Of a stretch of DNA of 64,000 nt, positions 39,401 through 50,244 are shown piece after piece. The translations under genes and the position numbers were made by a program. The notes beneath the pieces are model-generated. The model had not been told where the DNA came from. It saw only the letters and a program-made list of their open reading frames with translations, and ran no database searches. This stretch comes from Eimeria praecox. Lineage: Eukaryota. The stretch covers positions 1,116,001-1,180,000 of the forward strand of contig OY986946.1 of the NCBI GenBank assembly GCA_963920595.1. The letters run 5' to 3'. The stretch's first letter is position 1. Each line of letters starts with the position of its first letter.

Positions 39401-42400
39401 TTCGTAGTCCCGCGTGGCCGGAGGAGGGCAGTTGCTGGCGGCAGGCAGGTGCGCACAAAAAGCAACAGGCCATGACCAGGCTGTAAAGGCGGACTCTCTA
39501 CACGCCAGTCAGACGAAGCAGACCCGAAGTTCTCTTCCCAAAATTCCCTTGTTGAGGCCCATGTAGCGTTTGCTTCGTTCATTTCACAGCCTTGAGTGTG
39601 CTCTTGGTCGCTCGATGACGTGTCTTCACGTTCCGTTTCTCTTGAGTTGCTTTCACTTGTCGATCTTGAGCTACGCCACAGCGGTCTGCGCAAGGGATGC
39701 TGGGGGTGCTGCAGAATTGCCGCCCCCGCGCTCAGCGCTCTCACTCTGTGAGTGATTGAACCCCTAACCCCTGACTCGCCAAAAACGTTGCAGGGTTCGG
39801 AAGATCGAGAGGTCCTCGCCGGCAACGAACAACAGCTTCGGCGGTGAAAAGCCTCAAAATGCCCAATGCACACGGATAAGAAGGACTGGGATCTGCGAAG
39901 CTTCGTACGCGTCGCAGGTGGTGAGCGAAGAAACGCCGAATCTCCCGACGCACCCCGCCGCCTTAATTGCCGAAGCCCTTCCTTCCCCTGCAATTGCTCT
40001 GCGTTTCCTGTATTCTGACGTAGATGCTGTCTGAACAGCCGCATCCCTTTTGTAGGGCTAGATGGGTCCAGAGGTTTGCTCATACACTTTCCTTCCGCCT
40101 CCGCACCTGGCGGAGCAGAGGGTGGCACTAGCTGAATGCCACCCTGTGGCAGTCGCTGTTTTTGTGCTGAATGCGTATAGCTGGGTCCTCCCCGTGTTTG
40201 GGAATTGCTGGCAGATATGCATCCTCCCGCCCCAGGTGGGCGCAATACTGCTGTAAATGCTGCACCAGCAGCTGTAAGAACAGCTGAAGCTGTGCTCACT
40301 GTATCTCTTGAAATGCTGCTCATAATGGTGCAGGCAAGTGCTCGAGATGTCTCGGTCAAGGCAGCTCCAGCAAGTGCTGACGAGCGGAAAAGTCGTGCAA
40401 GTTGGTCTTGAAACAACCGCCGCAGACATGGCAGCCGTAGACGCAAATTATTGCTAACATACGATCCCCCCTGGTCACCAACAGCCTCTTCACTTCCGCT
40501 TGAGACGGGACCACAGACACTTTGCGGCCCTGATCCGCATGAGGCGGCCTCATTTACAACTTGAATGTGACTGTCGTATCCACTGGTAGCCAGCTGTCTG
40601 GGTGGCATCCCAAGGGACCCGGAGAAGCTCGAGACTAAAAGAGACTGTGAAATATCGCATTCCACTACCTCCTCTTGGTCGTCTTCGTGCTCATCCCTCT
40701 CGAGCACGTGCAGATCCACCCTAAATATCCTGGAGCGTCGTGCCGCCAGGGTGGCCGTGGCAGCGGCCGCAGTGGTGATGGCTGCTGCTGCACTCGATGT
40801 CGCTACCGCAACAAGCAAAGCGCCAACGAAGATGGCCGCCGCAGTGGTCCCAAAAGACAGAGGGGACAGAAGACTTGCAAAAACACTTCCACGGTCAAGC
40901 ACGTCGAAAATTAGCCTGTCATCGTGCACCGCATCCACCTCCGGCGCTCGTTGTGAGCTGTGCGGGCGGTCTTCGTCCACAACATTGTGAACCGCCATCC
41001 TCTCCTGACGCCTCCAGTTGCCGCCTAGCTGAGCCAGAGAATCGAGTTCCAGCGAGCCGTAAGGCGGTAACGGCCACACCGGAGTGGAATCATTTTGAGC
41101 CTCAGCTATAAATCGGGTAGAATGGGCAGAGGGCTCCTGCAAGAAGCGGAGGGGAACTTGCCACTCAAGCAAGTAGTGCTGCTCCCGCAAAATCTCTGCA
41201 ACGCACAATCCCGGGCGATTCCCAGGTCTCAAATGGCGTAGCCTCATGGGTTGAGATATGTTGAGTGCCCTGTGAATGAAAGTAGAAACAAACTCTTGAG
41301 GCCTAAGCCACCTTTTCCGAGCGCTGCTTTTGGATTGGCGCTGGTTCTCATGCTCCCCACTACAGCACTCCTGTCCCTCACACGGAGGCGCGCCTCCCGC
41401 CGTAGAGCAGCGGCGAGCATTCGCTGTATCTGGGACGACAGGATACATAGGAAACTGTAGCTCCAACTCCCTGACGTGCACATGTATCCTAGGACCAGGG
41501 CTAACCCGGTTTAGCAGGTAAAGGAAACGCCAATCCACCAACTCGTGCACTGCGAAGCCACAGGAAACACAAATCCACGCACGGCTTCAGCAACTTCTGT
41601 GACGGGAAAACAAGAGATACCACCAGCTGGGTTCTTTACAGCACAGAGGCTACGGTCGCCAGTGCCATATGTGCACACCACACCTTGACTTACGGGTGCA
41701 TTCAGGCAGAACCTGCAGCCCTCGGCAACGAGTTTCGGCTTCCCAAGCCATATCCGTTGGCGCCGAAGGGTAGGCACGCGATTCCGAGGGGCTGTCTCTA
41801 CGTCCTAATTCCCCTTCGCACGAGAGGGCAGCGTCAGACCAGTCTACGTCACGCCTTTGGCTGATATCTGAAGAGTATGAAAATGATTCGGGATGCGCAG
41901 TTCGCCGTATGGGTCCCCCGCAAAGAGGCCAATCTTGGGCATGTGGAGGATTCCAAAAACCGCTGTCTAAACGGAAGCAGCCGTCACCAACGCTGCCTCT
42001 TCGCCGCGAGCCTTTGTATAAATGTGCGTTGCAACCGGGATGAAGAACGTAGGAGGGCTTAGCGCAACTGAGCCGCTTTCCAGCAACTCTAGTGCCAGGC
42101 CGGCGTGGCGTAGCAGCCAGAGGAGAGTATGAAACAAAACCTTCTGAAAAGCAGAGCGACTTCCATGCGTCTCTGTGGAACCCAATCCACCGGAGGCTCT
42201 TGCAAGCAGATGCAAGTGCTACTACATCCTCAGCACCAAGGAACAGCGCTACGTGGCCGAAAAGGGCAGCAGGCAACGGGGTATTTGAGGGCGGCGTTGG
42301 CGTCGAAGGCCTTATACTGCAGCCCCTTTCAGTTCCGTCAACTTCTTCAGGCTGAATAAATATGTTTTGGTCCGCTGCAAAGTCAGAATACCACATGGGC

Positions 42401-42552
42401 CGACCGAAGAAGCTCAAGACGCCGCAGTCCACGCCGGGCTGTACGTTCGGCAGGGGGGCTCTGCGCTCTTCGATGCCGGGGAGCTGATTGGCCATCTGGC
42501 CGTCCCCAGAAGGAGGATCAGTGTTACCAATGTCTTGCACTGAGTGCCCCAT
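36450..42552 (-). CDS. F-box + ubiquitin-like + DHU1-like WD40 protein (3 exons, ~1898 aa)
   Basis: Exons 42552-41694, 41549-38230 and 37967-36450 total 5697 nt, with phase-matched introns GTAAGT..CAG and GTGAGC..CAG. F-box: LPAALFGHVALFLGAEDVVALASACKSLRWIGFHRDAWKSLC. WD40: ARQFEYHP...HSDSINIVRFAHISPHLFVTASFDQTCRLWDLR. The start Met is inferred. Confidence 0.85.
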
Positions 42553-44766
42553 TATCAAGCCCTTCAAGGAACGCAAAGGCCGTGCGGAGGGTATTACAGC
42601 GTGGCACTCGTCGCGCCTGCAAAATGCCAGCTCACCCGCGGCGGCAGAGGACCTGCTGCCATGGGCATTGGTTTGTGCAGAATAGTCCTCATCTGGGGAC
42701 GAGCGTACTCCAAACTGCGAATTTCGTTGGGGACCCTCAAATAGCTGCCCGGTTGACTGCTTATGGCAGGCCAACACAACCGTCAAGGGTGAAGTTGCGT
42801 CGGCCTACAGTGGGGCAGCCTGGTCCGAAGGATACTCAAATACAGGCAAATTACAAGGCTCACCGCATGCATAACAAGAAATCCAGAGCACACATGCATG
42901 CCACATCTACAGTAAGTCCTCGAGGGCTAATGGAACCCACGGTACTGAACGGGGAAAAACCGGCCAACAAAGTCGTCGGAAGCATATATAAATACTGCTA
43001 ATTATGCAATACAGGAATAGGCATCTCTCGACGCGGACAACCATCAACTAATAAGCCATGCACCGACAGATGCTGACGCCGCACCTGATCCAGCTTCCGA
43101 CCGCAGCCTTTACTCTTGCACCTCAGCTGTCACAACCTACATGATATTTTCTATGATTCCAGAAACCACTGAGTTTCTTCGTGATGCTCGCCATTTATCC
43201 AGCGGAAGCTTCCCACGGTAGTAGACCATCTGAGCTTGACCGCTCGTCTAGTGTGCCCCAGGTGTCCACGCAGCCACGATGCCAAAATTGAGTTCCAAAC
43301 TTCGCGCGTCCTTCCGCACTGCTTCCAAAAGTAAATGTACAAGCCTCTCTGAAATGACCATGGTTTACGGTATCCACTTCCAGGGTGGGTGTACACGATG
43401 TGTGCGCAGTAGTGGGAATTCACCGCTCCCCATACAACACTACCACTAGTTTACCGGCGGGAAGGCCCCTACGCCGTACGTTCGTCGCGCTAATCAAAAG
43501 GATAGAACAACCAGCATTTTAAGACAACTTTTCACCCATTCCAGTTATATATGCGGTCGTGCGAACCCGTGCGAGCGTTGGAGCCCGATCAACCGTCCGT
43601 GTATTATTGCACACTTGAAGAGCAAAACAACCACAGAGAAAAGCCAGTGTGCATGAGGAGCCCTTTCCCTCTGCGGCCACGAGTGTACGGGGACCTCAAC
43701 TTCTCACTACCCAACACGGCTAGCATTGTCACCACGATAATTTGCGGAGCCCGCGTAGGTGCCCTCTACAACAAGGGTCCTAGGCCTTATGCGAGGGCCG
43801 TAGCGAGCACCAGTAAACTGAAGGGACTTAAAATACGAGTTTCCGAAAGCAGCTTGCCTTCCCTCCACTCCCGCGGCGTCTCGGGCTTTTCTGCCCACGC
43901 CGCTGGGCGCTGGTGCGGCCTGACAACTGTTGCAATGCACTGTACCGCAGCTCGTGCTGCAAGGCAACTCCACATGCAAGCACATCCAAGCAGTCCACGG
44001 CGCATGAACTGCCGCTGTGGGCAATTGTGAACACATGGTCTCCAGTTAGCAGCCAGCACGCGGATAGAAGTGATAGTACCAACTTCGGATATGCCACGCG
44101 ATGTCCACCGGATACGCTGGCATCCCATTACAAGCAGCTGATCTTCTGCTCCAAGCTATAGCACAGTGTAAGCCTGTGGCTGGTCCACAGGACCGAGCGC
44201 CTCCACACCCTCAACACGCCCTGCAACCTCTTCTGCTCCCTGATCAGCAGAACCGTTCTTATTACTTTCTGTACCTCAGGAACCTATTCATACCATTGCC
44301 TCCCTTTCTATATATATATTCAGCAATCCAAGTTATCTTCCGTAGAGAGTTGCAGCAGTGCAATGGGCGGAAGATGGGCGGAAGTAAAGAATGTATCCTT
44401 TCCCCCCACTCAGCTACAAATGCCCGCTTGCTACGATATCAAATAACAGTTTACAGACCTTGCAAGTCACCTCACCCCCGCCCACTTCGAATCGCTTCGG
44501 ACCTCAAAATACTAGAACACTGCCATCGTCGCATCCCCTGTGAAGCCCCATAGAATCCGCAGCTGCAGCAATGGGCTCATCTTGGCAATCACCGTTCAGT
44601 CTTTCAGCTGCTATCGTGCGCTCCTGAAGGCTCAGCGTCTAAGCACCTTTTGGGTCCAACGTCATGTTCCTTTTAAATGGACTGGTTGATTTGCTCCATT
44701 TACGAAGCATCCTGAGTGTCCACGATGATGGTGGAATAATTTTGCTGTGTCATTGATTCTCTTGAG

Positions 44767-47700
44767 CTACCGCTTCCTTCCTTTCCCCTGTGCAACTGGA
44801 ATATACCAGATCCACACTTTGTCACTTTTCTGAAGGCTGACGGGAAACTTTTTGAAGGGCCGACTTTCAAATGCCTCGCCAAGAGATCCGTCGAACAAAC
44901 GCAGGGCATTAAATGATGGTGATGCATTTGCGCCGAGTCCACAGTTGTCTGCTGGCGGATCTGCAACTTCCATTTGCTCTTTCGCATTTCTAGGCAAAAG
45001 CTGTGTCTATGAGTTTCTACCTAGAGTCATGGGGGCTCACTTCTGCCTTTGGTCGAATTTTCTTCAAATCCAGGCGGGGCGCTTCTTGGGTCACCGTTGT
45101 TGCAGGCGCAGTCCCCTCTGTGTTTGTAAGTTTCGTATCATCTTCCTCTGTCCCAACAACTGCAGATCCCGTGAAGGCATCTTTTACCTTGTCTTTCCCT
45201 TCTATTTGCATGCCTATACCTTGTCCGTCCCCCATTTGCCCCTTTTCAGGGCCTGTTGACCCACATACGGGAGGACGCAGTAGCGCGCGGCGAATACCCT
45301 CAAACTCGGCATGTATAGCGAGATCAATGTCCTCTGCTCGTGTTTTACTGGCCAAGGCTAGAAGTGGCTGCAGCGAAGATGCGACTGCAACTGAGAACAG
45401 CACAGAATACTTATCAAAGCCGCAACTCAGGTCAGGCACCGCATGTAGAAACTGCTGCAGCGCAGGAAAACGAATTGCCAGTGCAAGAAGCCTGCACGCG
45501 GTATCTGGTACTTCTGTGAAGCCGGTCAACCGCAACAAATAATATCAATGCACGCGGGCTTTTCCTCGAGGTGCCGATAACCGTACCTTCGGCTCCCCGG
45601 GGCAGCTTACAAACCAGGGTGGCTATGCCTTCTATCATTCGCAGCAAGCCTTGTGTCTTCCATCCCTTTCCCTTGGGCAGCGTCTTAGAATTGAGGTGAG
45701 ACAAATTTATCCTGTCAACCAATTCAATTCCCAAAGCTGGATTCCCTGGTTGCATCTGCTTCATGAGGACGACCAAAAACGCTACTCTTGCATCTTCTTT
45801 AACCCTTTGGGCTTTTTCCAACGCTTGTTGTTGCATGCGCTTCTTCCGCTCCTCTACAGAAACTTCTATATCTCTTTCTCCTCTCGGCACACTTTCCTCA
45901 CGGCTGCTACCCCGTTGGTGACGCTCCGCACGCGAGCCCATAGGGCTGCGCAGACGTGTTGGTGAGCTTACTGGTGTCTGTCCTTCGCTGCTGCCCCAAA
46001 ACGGAGCCGACCCCAAAGAACTACAGTGCGACGGGGCCTTACTCACAGGCGAAAGGGAGGAAGGACGGTGTCCTGAGCCTGCTGAGGACCTCGATACCGG
46101 CTCCGGGCTGCAGCACTCACTGGAACTGGCCCGAGATTGCTGTCGGGTCGAAGAATATATGTCCTTCGAGAAAGTCCTTCCAACCGGCGTGTTTGCGGTT
46201 TGTCGGAAAGCCGTTGCAAGTGATAAGACTCCCGCAGGCGCTGTGTCTCCATGATTCAAATCTCCGACCTCCTCCCTGCTGGACTCTTGCTGGAGCTCCC
46301 CGCTGGAAAGGGCAGGCCCCTGAATAGAAAAACTGCCCAGTGGTGTAGGGGTTTGATCTCCTGCTCAGGCCACAACCATTTGCAGAAAATTTCAACTCAC
46401 GCGCTCCCTCCCTTCTACCTCAAATTTCAGCCGGCGCATCAAACAACCACTAAGCAATCCGCCTGTAAAGCAGATGGTATCCCCCAGCAAAGAAGTTCGT
46501 TGTAACGACGTGAGGAAAGGAATTTGCTCCTGTGGTGCTACCAGACCGGTAGGTCTAATTGTATTAATGCTGACCTGGACCCCAGATAGAGCTCCCTAGC
46601 GAGCCCAAAATCTTCAGGTTTGCTTTTCTTTGTTCTTCTTCCCTCTGGTCCTGTTGCTGATGGTATAAACAAGGGCAACGCTTCAAATATCCCTGTTGGA
46701 GCGTTTGTACCTTCAAAATGTACGGCTGCGAAAGAGGCACACAGTGAACAAACCACTGTGCAGGTTCTGCGCAACTCGACGCTACTGGAATAGAGCGGCT
46801 GTCAGAGACAATGACGTCCATAACCAACGCAGCTCAACGGTAAAATATTCCAGTGCGTATAAGTGAAAGGATGCACACATACATTCAAGGCTTCGCGCAG
46901 CTTTGCACGTTGGTTGTATTGCTGTCGCCACATCTTCAAGTCCTCCAGAAATATCTGAGGAGCAACACCCCGCATAAATGCCTCAGCCAGAACAAGGCGC
47001 CACTCAAAGCAGGGTTGACACCCACTCCTTAATCCACTATTATACCTAGGGTCTCTGTCTAGCCTCACCCTGTGGTCTGCGGCCTCGAGGATCAACTGCT
47101 GGACCATGCTTCTATTGTGGGCCAGGTTTTCGGCAGAGCTGTAGCACGGAAAGGACATACAGCAAATAACCAGGCCTTGAATTATACCTCTCACGCCGCC
47201 ACAGTAATGCAGCACAAAATGCTGATGCACAACTCGCAGCCGCTCCCATGCAAATGTGCAGCACACCAAGTTCGGCGGCTCGGCCGCTTCTCGTGGTACG
47301 AATGGTAACCGGGGAAACCGCCAACGACTTTTCCATTTGTGTGATGCTCCCCCTTTAGCTCCCCTTTTCTATAAGAAACTCCGCTCAGCGTCACATCGCC
47401 GTGTGGCGCTTCGTCAAGGTGTGCGCTGGCAGTTGTGTGGCCATCTCCCGTCCCTTTGAACTCTGGCGAGGCTGCATGCGGAGACGCAAATCCCGTTCCT
47501 TGGTAACCTCCCTGATGGGTCTGGAGCTCTGCTGATTGGCATGGAACACACCCAGCAAAATCCTCACATCCGGAACTTCCCGGCAACGTGGGCAAAGCTT
47601 CTATTGAGTCCCTTTTGCAATTATGCGCCTTCGTAGTGTCATCAGCGCTTTTTGTGAGCCTCAATTCCTCTGCTGGAATCGAAGAGCACGAAGTGACGAG

Positions 47701-50244
47701 GTGCTGAGTTTGCTGCTCAAACGATTCTGATGTAGAGATTTGCTGGGGCCCTGAACGTCCGTCTTCTCCACTTGTACCTTGTACCACTGTGTTGCTTGCA
47801 TTTCGCGCCACTGATTTGGAGTCTGAACCTGTTGGTTCTTCCGAAAGTCCATTCAAAAAAAACAGAAGCATCTCAACTTGGGCTTCGGACAATGAGCTAG
47901 CTAACTGGAGAAGTGGCTGCTGTGGTACGACTATGCGGAGCTCTGCTGGCGAGTCTTCGTTCATGAGAGGTGGCATGAGCTCGCGCGGTGCTGCTTGATT
48001 GAGCTTCTGGGATAGTAACCAATGGAGAAGCCATCGCTGACTAGGCATGATGGGCTCAGAAGCAAACTGGCACGCTTCCCGCACTGTCTCTCCTCCCGTT
48101 GTGAGAGATGTGGAATAACTTGTTTGCTCATCACTGTGAGCTTTCCTCCGTTGGGGTGCATATTGAGCTACACAGGTAATACGTCTGATAAACTCCACCT
48201 GTTTTTCAGACAGGGATTTGGAGAAATGGAAAAGGAAGAGCTGACCCGCGAGACGAAGCTGCTGGTCAAACGCAGGCCCTAGAAACTTGTACCTGTTGGG
48301 CAGGTTCACCAACATGTTGTCTTGCTGCGAAGTCTGGCAGCCAAAATGGTGCAGCTCGACCAGAAGTTCAAGGAACGCTGCTTGTTCCCTTGTCATAGCA
48401 GTCACGCATTCCGTTTTCAACCCCTCATGGCCCTCTACTGCCTCCTTAATAGAGATGCTGGCCTGCTTCGCTGCCCTGGGCCCTGCTTTTGAATCCTCCG
48501 CTTCTCTGTATCCAGCATCGTCACCATGGAGAGGGGTATTAGTGTAGCACGCAGCTGACTGAATGCATGCAGCCAACCCATGAGAGCGCTGCGGCTCTCT
48601 GTCGGACTCCGGCTCCCCTGAACTCCGGCGCAGCAATTGGTTGAGTACTTCAAGCTGCTCAGCAGTCAGGGAAAAGGCAAGAAAATGCACAAACATTTGC
48701 CGGAATCCTTTGCCGACCTGTTCCATACACGCTGCGATGCCTCTTCTGGATTCCCACAGCTCACGTGCACGCCGTAGGTCTTCGAGAACCAACACACTGG
48801 ACCCAGGTACAAGAACTGGAGCACGTGAAAGCAATAAGCTATAAAGCGCCTGTAGCTCCTCTGGAGGCAACAACTGCGAGAGTTCCCGGAGAATACCCTC
48901 CTGTAGAAGCCCATTCTCAACAGGAGTCAGCACTTCACCTTCTAGGGTACGCTGTAGAAGTGCCATCGCCCTCACTTGGGCAGATGTAGGCGCAACATCC
49001 TGCTTCCTGGAAAGAATGGTTGGTATCTGCTGAATTGTGGCCTGCATATGCGGAACCCCCAGAAGCGTCTCCAAGTGCAGCCTCTGCTGAGGAGTCAAGG
49101 AAGCGGCAAGAAGCTGCAGTAGAAGCTGGACGACTTCGCCAGAAGAATTTAAGGCTCCTGCACGGCTATCTGCCAGGCTGGTGAAGAACCTGTCCTCCTG
49201 GGCTGGCGACCACCAGACAGTAGGCTGTGCGTAAAGTGTTTCGAGCAAATAACGTTCTTCAGGTGAGAGAGCCCACGGTGGTTCTAGAAAAAGGAGCCGA
49301 TGAATAGCCAGTCGCTGGGGCCATCCGCAATAAAGAGCAAGCTGTTCCTCTAGCGCAGCCTGTACTGCAATCCTACCCTGCAGATGATCGGGCCCAATTA
49401 AAGTGCGACGGAGGTCATCAAGTAAGCAGGGCGACACAGGGGAAGCGCGCTTGTTTTGCAATGCAGCAGAAGCATTCAGCTGCTGCTCCGATGACAGGGA
49501 ATTCGCCAAAGCCCTCAGCAAAAACATTCGCAGGGCGGCCTTTTCGTCGGAACTGATGCCACCATTGGATCTTTTTCTGAGCAGCCTGATAAACAACTGG
49601 CGTTCCGAAGAAGACAAAGCACTCGTTTCCGTGTGATTCAACAGCTGATGCAGCAGAGTGACATCGGCAGCCTTCAAGGGCCCTATCCTCTCAGCGCAGA
49701 GTACATGACGTAGTATATGCACGTCATCAGCTGATAAAATGTCGCATGAATGGAGGTACAATATCTCTTGTAGCTTCTCGATCTCCCTTGAGAAGTCCTC
49801 GACACGTAATTGCTCAGCGTGAAAGAAATCATGGCGGGATCGCTGGGGCACCTGACGTTTTTCGGCACGGTGTCCCTCCCCGGAGGGGTAAAGGAAAGCA
49901 GAACACCGTCGAAGTGCCGAGTTACTGACGCAGCACCAGCTCCATGGACAAAGAGTATACCCTCCAGCTGTTCCTTCCCCCCTCTGCTCCCTCAGTGAGT
50001 GGCAACACAGCCTACTGGGAGGACACTTTGAATTGATGGCAGCGTGTTGTGCGCAGTCGCATCGGTGGGACGCCACCCGTGCTTCCGGCGAGCAGCAGAC
50101 AAGGCATCTGCTGTTCCATCTCGAACTTGACAAGCATACAGATAACTCTGCACAAGCCCTTTTTCGGGATGGCAATACCGCTGCTTCATTGCTACAACTA
50201 TCTCTCCCTAGAAGCGGGGCAGCTGATGCGGTCTGCCACTCCAT
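44767..50244 (-). CDS. Large hypothetical protein with a Cys-rich N-terminus and ~20-aa Leu-rich helical repeats; 3' end uncertain
   Basis: The 1017-codon ORF 50244-47191 is followed by phase-compatible downstream exons at ~47140-46885, ~46800-46575, ~46330-45586 and ~45513-45040. No recognised family. Confidence 0.75.

Noticed and set aside
41550..41693. Apparent frameshifts between long ORFs, here and at 37968-38229
   Set aside because: Explained by canonical phase-matched GT-AG introns, so neither pseudogene nor programmed frameshift.
43000..44700. Several 60-160 aa ORFs on both strands
   Set aside because: No recognisable motifs or consistent exon chain. Probably UTR/promoter of the flanking minus-strand genes, though a terminal exon cannot be excluded.
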